A DNA stretch of 42,339 nucleotides from Actinomycetota bacterium (lineage in GTDB: Bacteria > Actinomycetota > Actinomycetes > S36-B12). The notes below the pieces were generated by a model. It saw nothing but the letters and a program-made list of their open reading frames with translations, was not told the origin of the DNA and searched no databases. The position numbers were made by a program, and so were the translations under genes. Shown here one piece after another: positions 8,158 to 16,538 of the stretch; the stretch's first letter is position 1, and each line of letters begins with the position of its first letter. The stretch spans positions 1 through 42,339 of the forward strand of contig CANMNM010000001.1 in the NCBI GenBank assembly GCA_947499275.1, read 5' to 3'.

Positions 8158-8543
8158 TGATCGTGATCGTGGTCATGATCATGGTCGTGCCCGTGGTCAT
8201 GATCATGGTCGTGCCCGGCTGGACGCAATGCAAGATCTCGCGCTCGACCTGACAGATCACTTGCAGTAACTAATTCACTGCTAATACTTACCTGTTCCAA
8301 GGCACTCAACCAGCACTGATAATAAGAGTATTCCTCGCCCGGTGTTTCCTGCTCCTCCCAAGTGGCGATCGCTGAAATTAATTCAGCGCGAAATTCTTCC
8401 CACGTGAAAGCACCTGACTCATGCAACGACATGACGAGTCCGAATGCTCGGCTCTGCCACGGCTCCTCAAAAACCAGTTCGCCATTGGACCTGGGTGGCG
8501 CTGCCGGACCATCAATGTCAAAATCAATCGTTGCAGTCATCAC
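8154..8543 (-). CDS. nitrile hydratase accessory (activator) protein with C-terminal His/Asp repeat tail
   Basis: The beta-subunit-like N-terminus reads [35 protein letters not shown]. The gene lies immediately downstream of NHase alpha with an ATGA overlap. The tail is [20 protein letters not shown]. Confidence 0.75.
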   Translation of the reverse strand: MMTATIDFDIDGPAAPPRSNGELVFEEPWQSRAFGLVMSLHESGAFTWEEFRAELISAIATWEEQETPGEEYSYYQCWLSALEQVSISSELVTASDLSGRARDLALRPAGHDHDHDHGHDHDHDHDHDH

Positions 8544-9136
8544 GCACTCACCTGAGCTACGCCCACCATGGCGTCACGGGTCACGAGAGCAGCGAGTTCA
8601 GCTTCGGATAATTCTTCAGTACCCGGGGGTCGCTGAGGTAACACGAAGAATCGCACCTCACTGCTGCTGTCCCACACGGTTATCTCCGTATCTGTGGGCA
8701 ATTCCAGTCCCATCTCAGCCAACACTGTTCTCGGTTCGCGCACGACGCGTGACCGATAGGCAGGATCTTTGTACCAAGCGGGTGGAAGGCCTAGTAGCGG
8801 CCATGGGTAGCACGAACATAAAGTGCACACAACAACGTTGTGTACTTCGGCGCTGTTCTCCACTACAACGAGATGCTCACCTTGAGGTCCCTTGAACCCT
8901 AATTCTGCAATCGCACCCGTGCCGTCGTCGAGGAGTCGTTGCTTGAATTCGGGATCCGTCCAAGCTTTGGCAACAACTTGGGCTCCATTGAGTGGTCCCA
9001 CATCTTTCTCGTAAGTCTTGATAAAAGTGTCCATCACCTGTGGGTCAACGAGCCCACGCTCTACCAGAAGCTGCTCAAGAGCCTCGGTCCGAAGATTCAT
9101 CGGGATCCGATCACTCGATGGTTGTGCTTTACTCAT
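8540..9136 (-). CDS. nthA: nitrile hydratase alpha subunit, cobalt type
   Basis: The metal-centre motif [21 protein letters not shown] is present; Thr and Tyr at the variable positions indicate the Co type. The length is 198 aa. Confidence 0.93.
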   Translation of the reverse strand: MSKAQPSSDRIPMNLRTEALEQLLVERGLVDPQVMDTFIKTYEKDVGPLNGAQVVAKAWTDPEFKQRLLDDGTGAIAELGFKGPQGEHLVVVENSAEVHNVVVCTLCSCYPWPLLGLPPAWYKDPAYRSRVVREPRTVLAEMGLELPTDTEITVWDSSSEVRFFVLPQRPPGTEELSEAELAALVTRDAMVGVAQVSA

Positions 9137-9816
9137 GATGCAGCCTCCAAATAGTCCTCGTACAGGTCGGTATTAAGTGTGAAATTTTCTGTATTTTCTT
9201 GATATAGCTCACGCGAATCGAAACTCACCGTGTACACCCATTGGGCGTTTTCAGCGATGAAATGTGCGTGTGTATCGGGAAGAATCTGCGCCGGTTCAAC
9301 GATGGCAACTGTCCCGACATGTCCTTGGGTGTACTTCTGCAGGCGCGTGTGACCTGGAGCATTCATCGTTTTTGCCCGAACTCGCTGGCCCACGCTGAAC
9401 TTGCGCGGTGCATCAATTTGTCGAATCGATCCCCCCGCAGTCGGGGCGTAATCGGGTTTATTGGATTCAGGTACAGGTGGCTCGTCCACGTGACCCCCCG
9501 CGATATTCGCAGCTCTCGCCTCAACTGCTCCCGGTGCAATGATTGCACTGTCCAGCAATAAATTCTCAGCGCCGTACAGCCACCGACCGTAGTAACCATC
9601 ATCGAAGTAGTGCTCTCGATCTAGTCGATTCATGGCATGCCTGAACGCGTCAAGATTTGACCCAGAAACTCTCATCGACAATAGGGCTAAGGCAAAGGCC
9701 CGCCCCTCCCATTTCTCAGGAAAAACCACCTCGTCGGGGTCAATAATCGGGGCTCGTCCCCAACCAGAATCGCCACCCATGTCGGCCACACCACTAGCCG
9801 GTTGAATTTCTATCAT
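9133..9816 (-). CDS. nthB: nitrile hydratase beta subunit
   Basis: The motifs [24 protein letters not shown] and a C-terminal SH3-like part are present. The ATG at 9816 is preceded by GAGGAG; the tracked ORF extends to 9918. The stop overlaps the alpha start (ATGA). Confidence 0.85.
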   Translation of the reverse strand: MIEIQPASGVADMGGDSGWGRAPIIDPDEVVFPEKWEGRAFALALLSMRVSGSNLDAFRHAMNRLDREHYFDDGYYGRWLYGAENLLLDSAIIAPGAVEARAANIAGGHVDEPPVPESNKPDYAPTAGGSIRQIDAPRKFSVGQRVRAKTMNAPGHTRLQKYTQGHVGTVAIVEPAQILPDTHAHFIAENAQWVYTVSFDSRELYQENTENFTLNTDLYEDYLEAAS

Positions 9817-9876
9817 CAAACTCTCCTCATCTTTGGAAACCTGACGGCCCCTTAACCTCACGACTAAAGACCTGAT

Positions 9877-9915
9877 GCCTTGTGGGTGTTGAACAACGTC
9901 CAACACCCACAAGGC
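9877..9915 (-). other. 15-bp perfect stem-loop between the Sll0783-like gene and NHase beta
   Basis: The sequence is gccttgtgggtgttg-aacaacgtc-caacacccacaaggc. No U-tract follows on the transcribed (minus) strand. Confidence 0.5.
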
Positions 9916-9922
9916 CAAGCAA

Positions 9923-10411
9923 CTACAGGGTCCAGGTGTTCATCTGGAATGCGCCCTCACTCCAAGCTGTCAAGGCGGTGTCGAGCACGTCAAGCGGGTT
10001 GAACGGGATAACCCCTGGAATGAGATCATCTTCGCCGAATCCGTAAAGCGCACCCATCGCAAAGCGACATGCGTAAATCTTCGCGCCTTCTTTCATGAGC
10101 GTCTTGAGCTGCTCATTGATTGCGAGGTGACCTGGAAATGCGGCCATCCCAACACCGGGGTAACCGCGAGTGCCTGAGGCTGCGAGAACTCCGGGTCCAT
10201 AAAGGACGATACTGACTTCGAATCCTTTACGCACCAAACGCGTTGACGTCAACAAGTTGACTAACAGAACCGAACCTTCGTAGGGAACCGTGTGGATAAA
10301 AATGTATGCTTTCTGTCCAGCTTTGGCCTTAATGTCAGGGAATAGTTTTTCCTCTGCATTAAATAATGACTCTCCGTCTGCCGGTAGAGATCTGATTACG
10401 GTTTTTGGCAT
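9923..10411 (-). CDS. MSMEG_0572/Sll0783-like nitrogen-starvation response protein
   Basis: The motifs are LFNAEEKLFPDIKAK, FIHTVPYEGSVLLVNLLT, IYACRFAMGALYG and NPLDVLD...NTWTL. The ATG at 10411 is preceded by GGAGGAG; the tracked ORF extends to 10540. Confidence 0.7.
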   Translation of the reverse strand: MPKTVIRSLPADGESLFNAEEKLFPDIKAKAGQKAYIFIHTVPYEGSVLLVNLLTSTRLVRKGFEVSIVLYGPGVLAASGTRGYPGVGMAAFPGHLAINEQLKTLMKEGAKIYACRFAMGALYGFGEDDLIPGVIPFNPLDVLDTALTAWSEGAFQMNTWTL

Positions 10412-10446
10412 TACTCCTCCATCGTGTTGTGTTGTGTTGTGTTCAA

Positions 10447-10701
10447 CTAGATCGCCGGTCCCTCCGGCGACGTCTGTTTGGCCCAGTTCTTCCTGTGGCT
10501 TCCGGGCATCGCCACCATGATCCGTCTGCGTAGTCCCCACGGCATGATCCGGTAAATCGGAATGAATACACCGGTCCAGAAGAATTCACCACTCGTGCTT
10601 GGCGCCTCAATTCCGTGATTGCGTGCAACACGCGCTTGTGCATCACGCAATAAATAAAATTGGGCATTCTCGCGCAGCCACTTCGATGGTGATTTCATCA
10701 A
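10447..10701 (-). CDS. small protein in the MSMEG_0570 position of the cluster
   Basis: This 84-aa ORF has a start overlapping the flavoprotein stop (ATGA). Its position between the flavoprotein and Sll0783-like genes mirrors MSMEG_0569-0570-0572. The family assignment is positional only. Confidence 0.5.
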   Translation of the reverse strand: MMKSPSKWLRENAQFYLLRDAQARVARNHGIEAPSTSGEFFWTGVFIPIYRIMPWGLRRRIMVAMPGSHRKNWAKQTSPEGPAI

Positions 10702-12041
10702 CGCCCCAACTGCGACGCAACACCCTTTTGGGCAGCCACCGCGATCGGCTCATTGAGTGCACCTATTGGTGGTGAGTACACATTTTCCATGGTGGCCAGG
10801 TCGTACAGCGTCAATCCAGCCTTGACCGCTACTCCGAGGAAGTCAGCTCTTTCTTTGATTCCTTCTCCGCCCACCATTTGGGCTCCGATAAGGCGTAGTG
10901 TTCCTTTTTCGGCGATGAGCTTCACCCGAACTTTTTTAACTCCCGGGTAGTAACGAGCTCGCGAGATACCGTCAGCCACCGCCACCACGTGCGGCACGCC
11001 CAACGCATTCGCTGTCACTTCGCCAAGTGCAACTCCGCCGATCATCCACTTCCCGGCCACCATGCCCCAGGGGACATACACAGGGTTGTACGTTCGGGTC
11101 CCACCAGCAGCATTAGCGCCGGCCACTTTCCCCTGGGCGTACGCGTGGCTCCCGGTAAGACCTTGGAGCGGTAAACCGCCGAGACCATGGGGAATCTCGC
11201 ACACATCACCGCTGGCCCATACGCCGGCCGCTGATGTCTGCATGCTTCCGTCAACGATGAGCCCGCCCGTGCTGCCAGTTTTTAATCCAGCCGCGATCGC
11301 CAACTCATTATTTGGGACCTTGTGCGTGGCCACAACAACAAGATCGCATTCGATGTCTCCCCCTGATGTGCGAACTCCGCGTACGGCGCCTGACTCATCG
11401 CCGAGAAACTCTTCCAAGGTTGTGTTCCAGTGCATGGTGACACCAAGCTCCGTCCACGACTCATGGACGAGTTCGACAATGTCTGGATCTGCCACTTCCC
11501 CGAGCGCCCATGGGTTCGGATCGATCACATGAGTTTCTATTCCCCGGTGAGCTAGAGCCGTGATCATTTCAACGCCGAGAGGACTGGCTTCCACAACGAC
11601 CGCCTTTTTGACGGTGTCAAGACGTTTATCCCACTCCATTGCTTCACGGATATTCTTCACGTAATAAAGCCCATCAAGGTCCCCACCGGGCACTCCCGGG
11701 TTCGCATAGGAGAAACCCGTCGCGATGACGAGAGAGTCGTAGTGCATCGGCTGGCCAGATTCGATCTGAATAGTCTTCGAACTTGTGTCTATTGAAGTGA
11801 TCTTCGTCTGGTACCGGATATCAATGCCCGCATCGACGTAAGCCTGCTTATCAGCCAGAAATAATGCTTCAAAACTTGGAATTTCTTTTCCATGTACGAA
11901 GGGAATTCCGCAGGGACTGTAGGCGACGTCTTCATTCTCGGTGAAGACGGTGACTGATGCCGAGGGGTCCACTGCTTTGGCACCACCGGCGGCTCCGAGT
12001 CCCGCGCCTCCGCCTCCGATGACGATAATATGCTGTGCCAC
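10698..12041 (-). CDS. FAD-dependent pyridine nucleotide-disulfide oxidoreductase (MSMEG_0569 position; NADH oxidase/CoA-disulfide-reductase-like)
   Basis: It has an N-terminal IVIGGGGAGLGAA dinucleotide fold and a single redox Cys in YSPCGIPFV. A second Rossmann motif (VVVEASPLGVE) and GVWASGD are also present. Confidence 0.8.
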   Translation of the reverse strand: MAQHIIVIGGGGAGLGAAGGAKAVDPSASVTVFTENEDVAYSPCGIPFVHGKEIPSFEALFLADKQAYVDAGIDIRYQTKITSIDTSSKTIQIESGQPMHYDSLVIATGFSYANPGVPGGDLDGLYYVKNIREAMEWDKRLDTVKKAVVVEASPLGVEMITALAHRGIETHVIDPNPWALGEVADPDIVELVHESWTELGVTMHWNTTLEEFLGDESGAVRGVRTSGGDIECDLVVVATHKVPNNELAIAAGLKTGSTGGLIVDGSMQTSAAGVWASGDVCEIPHGLGGLPLQGLTGSHAYAQGKVAGANAAGGTRTYNPVYVPWGMVAGKWMIGGVALGEVTANALGVPHVVAVADGISRARYYPGVKKVRVKLIAEKGTLRLIGAQMVGGEGIKERADFLGVAVKAGLTLYDLATMENVYSPPIGALNEPIAVAAQKGVASQLGR

Positions 12042-12193
12042 TTATTCTCCCATCCACCAAAAAGTAAAGATCCTTAGACATACACGATAGACTACTTTTC
12101 ATACACTATGTTGAATAATCCAAAAAAAATCCATAAGCCTCATTTGACGGTTTTGGGCATCAAACAGACAAGATCTAACGAAGGGAGGACCCG

Positions 12194-12820
12194 GTGGCGC
12201 GCACTACCACTAAGAATGAAACCGCAATAAAGCCAAAATCAGATCCGCCCCTCGAGCTCGAAGAGATCGTCAGCCTGATCGGTCCAAAAATAGCGGGATT
12301 GCGCAAGGCTCAGGGCCTATCCCTTCAGCAACTCGCTTTGACGAGCGACGTCTCGGCCGCGGCCATTCATAAGATTGAACGCAGCGGGATGGTCCCCACG
12401 GTGACAACTCTTCTGAAGTTGGCGGGTGCACTTGGGGTTCCGGTTAGTTACTTCGTTGCCGAAGATGACCCGCACCCTGAATCCGTACACCTCACCAAAT
12501 CTGAATCCCGGAGACCCGTTTACACGCCACATGATGGACTCGCCCTAGGAGGCATCAGTGGGTCCTACCGCCAATTTCAAGCGGCGGCAGCAGTCGCAAG
12601 CATGTCGGCGGGAGCAAATAGTGGTGTCAAACTACTCAAGCATCCGGGGGAAGAGTTGGTCTACGTGCTGAGCGGGCGGGTTCGCTTTACCGTCGGTAAT
12701 GATGAGTACGCCCTCAAAGCAGGGGATTCCTTACACTTCAGCGGAGATGTGCCGCATCACTGGGGAAATTTAGGCAAGGTGACTGCCCAGTTGATCTGGT
12801 TCGCTTTGAGGAATGGCTAG
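12194..12820 (+). CDS. XRE-family HTH regulator with C-terminal cupin sensor domain
   Basis: The HTH reads LSLQQLALTSDVSAAAIHKIERSG. The cupin motifs are HPGEELVYVLSG and GDSLHFSGDVPHHW. Confidence 0.85.
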   Translation: MARTTTKNETAIKPKSDPPLELEEIVSLIGPKIAGLRKAQGLSLQQLALTSDVSAAAIHKIERSGMVPTVTTLLKLAGALGVPVSYFVAEDDPHPESVHLTKSESRRPVYTPHDGLALGGISGSYRQFQAAAAVASMSAGANSGVKLLKHPGEELVYVLSGRVRFTVGNDEYALKAGDSLHFSGDVPHHWGNLGKVTAQLIWFALRNG

Positions 12821-13237
12821 TCGTGGCGGGACAATGTCCAGATTGACAACACTTATCTCCGGTGATGTTTTCAGCGTATTAGTCACGTAGCAAACACGCT
12901 CCGCTGATGCAATGAGTTTGGCGGCGGTCTCCTCGGGGACCGGGATTCTTACACTGATCTGAATTCGGCTGAACCTGGGTCCTTCATACGTTCCCGTCAC
13001 ATCCACTTCAATACTTGATAGTTCAAGATCTCTTTTGCGTGCCGCATACGCAAGTGACATCACGAAGCACGATGCCACAGCGCTAAGTAGCAGGTCTGTC
13101 GGCTGAGGGCCCGTGTCCGTGCCCCCTACCCGAACAGGTTCATCGACCCGACTCTGAAAATCGCCGGCCATCACGTCAACTTGGAAGCCACCAAGCCATC
13201 GGGCGGTCACCAATCGATCTGCAGCCATGTAATCCAC
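12770..13237 (-). CDS. OsmC/Ohr family protein
   Basis: The protein has PTDLLLSAVASCF and a second Cys in ERVCYVTNTL, the typical two-Cys OsmC arrangement. Its 3-prime end overlaps the regulator gene by 51 nt. Confidence 0.75.
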   Translation of the reverse strand: MDYMAADRLVTARWLGGFQVDVMAGDFQSRVDEPVRVGGTDTGPQPTDLLLSAVASCFVMSLAYAARKRDLELSSIEVDVTGTYEGPRFSRIQISVRIPVPEETAAKLIASAERVCYVTNTLKTSPEISVVNLDIVPPRLAIPQSEPDQLGSHLA

Positions 13238-13319
13238 CTCACATATTTCATCTCCACTTAACTACTATGGATTTACATTAAAGTATACAAATGCCAGGAA
13301 CGGCCGGTACTGTTTTCGC

Positions 13320-14405
13320 GTGGACCGCACTCGAATCCGTGAACTTTTATTTCTGTTCCTTGCCGTAGCCGCGCTCAATATCGCTGGGTGGGGGACGTAC
13401 GCCTATTACTTACGTGCTGAACCGGCTAATACCGCTTACGTGGGAGTAGGGCTTGTGGCGTATTTCCTAGGGGTAAGACATGCCTTTGATGCGGACCACA
13501 TCGCAGCGATTGATGACAGTGCAAGATTAATGGTCAACCAGGGACGTCGCCCGATTGGTTTAGGGTTCTACTTTGCAATTGGTCACTCGACAGTGGTCTT
13601 GCTGATGTGTGTGGGAGTGAGTGTTCTTGCCGGAACCTTCGTCTCGTCCGGCCAAATCTATCTGCAAGACGTTGGTGGCCGGATCGCCGCTCTGGTAGCA
13701 GCCATTTTTCTCTTGGTCGTCGGATTTTTAAACTTTAAGGTTCTACAACGGCTTCGAAACACCAAACGAGATCTGAAAAGCGGTGCGATCAGCCCGGCTG
13801 AGTTGGAGTCACGTCTCTCTGGTGCATCGCCTTTTGCTCGACTCCTTGGTGGTAAAACAATGAACCGGCTGCAATCAAGTTGGCAGATGTTTCCCATCGG
13901 TTTCATCTTTGGACTCGGGCTTGAGACTGCTTCAGAAGTCACGCTACTCAGCCTCTCCGCCGCGGGTGCCGCGGCAGGTGACCTACCAATTGGCGCCATT
14001 CTCGCTCTGCCCCTTTTGTTTGCGGCAGGTATGACGCTGTGTGATTCCATCGATTCGGTCACCATGGTCCATGCGTACAGTTCGGCAAGCACTACGGCCC
14101 ACGACCGACTGTTTTTTAACATTCTCATGACGGGAATCACAGCGACGATCGCGACATTTGTTGGGGCGATCTACCTCTCTCAGGTTCTCGTTGATGAAGT
14201 TGGAATTCGCGTCCTAGAACCAATTGCCCAAATAAATGAGCATTTTGAGATACTGGGTTACGTCATTGTTTCCGTCTATTTTGTCGTTTGGGCGTGTGCG
14301 TTTTTGGTGTGGCGCAGATCAAAGAAACGCGCCAAGTCCAATGTTGTCGGCGAGTACCGCAGGGCCATAAGTGCACCGTATGCCAAGTCCAGTCCTGATG
14401 AGTGA
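13320..14405 (+). CDS. NiCoT (HoxN/HupN/NixA/NhlF) family nickel/cobalt transporter
   Basis: The TM2 signature RHAFDADHIAAIDD and the second signature FGLGLETASEV are present. The protein is about 8 TM segments and 361 aa. Confidence 0.85.
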   Translation: MDRTRIRELLFLFLAVAALNIAGWGTYAYYLRAEPANTAYVGVGLVAYFLGVRHAFDADHIAAIDDSARLMVNQGRRPIGLGFYFAIGHSTVVLLMCVGVSVLAGTFVSSGQIYLQDVGGRIAALVAAIFLLVVGFLNFKVLQRLRNTKRDLKSGAISPAELESRLSGASPFARLLGGKTMNRLQSSWQMFPIGFIFGLGLETASEVTLLSLSAAGAAAGDLPIGAILALPLLFAAGMTLCDSIDSVTMVHAYSSASTTAHDRLFFNILMTGITATIATFVGAIYLSQVLVDEVGIRVLEPIAQINEHFEILGYVIVSVYFVVWACAFLVWRRSKKRAKSNVVGEYRRAISAPYAKSSPDE

Positions 14406-15109
14406 CCAAGCTCCGCGAGCCGGGCGCGGGAAACGCGCGCTGCTCCTTCCTGTCCGCGAGAGCATTCCTGCAAAAGAGTGTGAAGTGTTTCAATCGACTG
14501 CCCCACCGCGGCCCATCTCAGAAATGCGCGCGAAATCTCATGCGTAGCTGCGGCACGCGCGATCTCCTGGCGCATCTCCCGGTTATGACCACCAAGCATC
14601 GAGTCAACTACAAGAATCCCCGCCGCAACATCGTCACCTGCTGGCGTTAATCCAATCCCGCGGCCAATGACCGATGCGCAGGCACCGGCGAGATCACCCA
14701 CTTGCAAGAAACTCGCCAGTTCTTCCTCCAATAGGTGGCCCGGTGATGAACCCAAAGTGAGATCGGGGACGTGACCCAATACGGTTGCGAGAAGTCCAGT
14801 TGCTCGATTGATATCCGGGTTCGCCGCGGGTACCCACAGATGCTCAGAGACGGGCACGATTTGATCGACCACGCACAATTCTCCATCACGCACTTCTACC
14901 GGATCGCCTAAGGAACCCAGTGGCAAAGTGTGCATTCGGGCATGGAGAGGGCCCGAAGGGACGCTAGCGATAGTGAGTGCGAATACGTGTTCGCCCACCT
15001 GGATATACATCGCCTTACGAAAGCTGGCAATGACCCGGCCCGCAGAGTTTCTTTCGAGGCCTTCGCGAACTCCCTCCCCCGCGTCAAGGGGAAGGGTCAC
15101 TCCGTTCAT
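14276..15109 (-). CDS. DUF2877 (YlbF-like) protein
   Basis: The gene follows the DUF1116 gene with a 4-nt overlap, as in E. coli ylbE-ylbF. It contains GRGIGLTPAGDD. The family call rests mostly on position and size. Confidence 0.5.
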   Translation of the reverse strand: MNGVTLPLDAGEGVREGLERNSAGRVIASFRKAMYIQVGEHVFALTIASVPSGPLHARMHTLPLGSLGDPVEVRDGELCVVDQIVPVSEHLWVPAANPDINRATGLLATVLGHVPDLTLGSSPGHLLEEELASFLQVGDLAGACASVIGRGIGLTPAGDDVAAGILVVDSMLGGHNREMRQEIARAAATHEISRAFLRWAAVGQSIETLHTLLQECSRGQEGAARVSRARLAELGHSSGLDLAYGALMALRYSPTTLDLARFFDLRHTKNAHAQTTK

Positions 15110-16521
15110 TTTCCCTGGTTAACAAGCTCGACTAGGGCTTGCCCAAACCCTTCAAGCGGCGCCGTCGCGACGCCAGCTCCTATCTGCCCTACCCCTGACG
15201 AAAGATGAAGAATTCCTGTGGTGACCTTGGGGCTAATTCCAGTCTCAACCACTTTTCGCACATCCACGCCAAGTGGGGTGCCTCGAAAGCCCATCGTCGG
15301 CAATTTGAATCGGCTGCTTTCTGACACACATATCCTTCTCATATCTTCGGTGGCCCGGGCAGCATCAGACATCGACCCACCGAGAAAAGCCGCCACCGCT
15401 GGAGACCCTGCTGCAGCAGCCCCCCCAAGCCCAATCAACTCGAGTACCGCACTGTCACCCATGTCAAGGGCGGCATCTTCCGAGCTGAAACCCGCGTAAT
15501 ACAACGCATCTGCCACCGGAGGAGCCGGACAAATATGCCAACGAGGTGAATCCCCCACCTTCACGCCAAAAGTGGTTCCGTTGCGCGCCATGGTCGTGAC
15601 AATCGTTGAACCAGACACTTGCTCCGCTGCGAGCATCAGTGACTTTGCCGCCGCCATAGCAATTGTCAGAAAGAAGAGGTGATTCTTGGACAAATAATGA
15701 GCGAACGCCACCGAGCCTTCATCATTTCCCAATCGGGCAATTGATGTAAGCACATCGCGGATCAAAAGATTTGTCGTCGCCTGCGTACGCATATGAACGT
15801 CGTCGCCCATTTGCACGCCCTGTGATGCTAAGGACAGGATGTCAATCGGACCACTTTCCTTGAGGATCTGTGCGATTCTCGGCTGGGCAACCTCCCGTAA
15901 GAAGATCAGCCTTTCTATCGCCGCTGGCGACTCACGCCCAAACCACGGAACATCCCCCGGACCCTGGTTGACGGGCGCGAATCCAACTGTCCCAGACTCC
16001 GCATTCTCAGCTATCCACACCGGGGTCGTAGGTCCGATAGCTGAAGCCATCGGCACGACGGTCCCATGATCATTGGCGGCAGCAAGTGCGACGGAGCCAT
16101 CCGCGAGCAACCGGTCAGCTGTTTCAACATCTTGCGCCCAACCTTCCGCAACTGTTGCAGCGCGCATCGATCGCCGTACCGGATCACATACGAATTCATA
16201 AGCAATGGGTGGACCGGCATGCAGCAGGGTGCGATCGGGAAGTGTAGACAATGCATCCCGTGCGGCCGCCACTCCAATGAGCATCGGAACTCCCTTGTCA
16301 ATCCTGCGAATTGCTTCGACATTCGCCTTGTCGTATTCCAGAGAATTCATCGCGTAAGAATCAGTGAGCGCCCTGAGAAGAACCGGTGAATTTCCCGAAG
16401 GGACGCGCCAGTCAACGTGAATCACCTCAGCATCTTGTTCGCGGATCGCTTCCGCGAACAATGGCAATCCAACGTTGATTACTGCCGCGTTCTCTGGCAA
16501 CTTATGCAGGGTTGTTTCCAT
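15106..16521 (-). CDS. DUF1116 (YlbE-like) protein
   Basis: The N-terminus ENAAVINVGLPLFAEAIREQDAEVIHVDWRVP is typical of YlbE-type proteins. The length is 471 aa. It partners FdrA and the carbamate kinase in this window. Confidence 0.7.
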   Translation of the reverse strand: METTLHKLPENAAVINVGLPLFAEAIREQDAEVIHVDWRVPSGNSPVLLRALTDSYAMNSLEYDKANVEAIRRIDKGVPMLIGVAAARDALSTLPDRTLLHAGPPIAYEFVCDPVRRSMRAATVAEGWAQDVETADRLLADGSVALAAANDHGTVVPMASAIGPTTPVWIAENAESGTVGFAPVNQGPGDVPWFGRESPAAIERLIFLREVAQPRIAQILKESGPIDILSLASQGVQMGDDVHMRTQATTNLLIRDVLTSIARLGNDEGSVAFAHYLSKNHLFFLTIAMAAAKSLMLAAEQVSGSTIVTTMARNGTTFGVKVGDSPRWHICPAPPVADALYYAGFSSEDAALDMGDSAVLELIGLGGAAAAGSPAVAAFLGGSMSDAARATEDMRRICVSESSRFKLPTMGFRGTPLGVDVRKVVETGISPKVTTGILHLSSGVGQIGAGVATAPLEGFGQALVELVNQGK

Positions 16522-16538
16522 ATTCGTGACTCACTTCC

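Noticed and set aside
8158-8220. Tandem repeats that might have been a CRISPR or minisatellite locus.
   Set aside because: There are only two 24-nt units with no spacers, and they lie in frame within the accessory-protein coding sequence (the His/Asp tail). No CRISPR-like array exists elsewhere in the window.
8154-9816. An alternative reading of the NHase genes as thiocyanate hydrolase or a three-subunit toyocamycin-type NHase.
   Set aside because: The beta subunit is a single 227-aa protein rather than split halves. The third gene has the typical accessory-protein N-terminus. Substrate specificity cannot be decided from sequence alone, so the generic Co-NHase call was kept.
9817-10540. N-terminal extensions of the tracked ORFs for NHase beta (to 9918) and the Sll0783-like protein (to 10540).
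   Set aside because: Internal ATG codons at 9816 and 10411 are preceded by strong GGAG-type ribosome-binding sites and align with the conserved N-termini. The longer forms would overlap the hairpin or the neighbouring small gene.
11062-11532. Long ORFs antisense to or out of frame with confident genes. Examples are 11062-11532 (+), 13658-14140 (-), 25714-26247 (-), 22613-23125 (-), 39602-40126 (-), 1950-2552 (+) and 8362-8895 (+).
   Set aside because: They lie entirely inside genes with clear family motifs on the other strand or frame. Their translations are Arg/Pro/Ser-rich and low in complexity, which is typical of shadow ORFs in GC-biased DNA.
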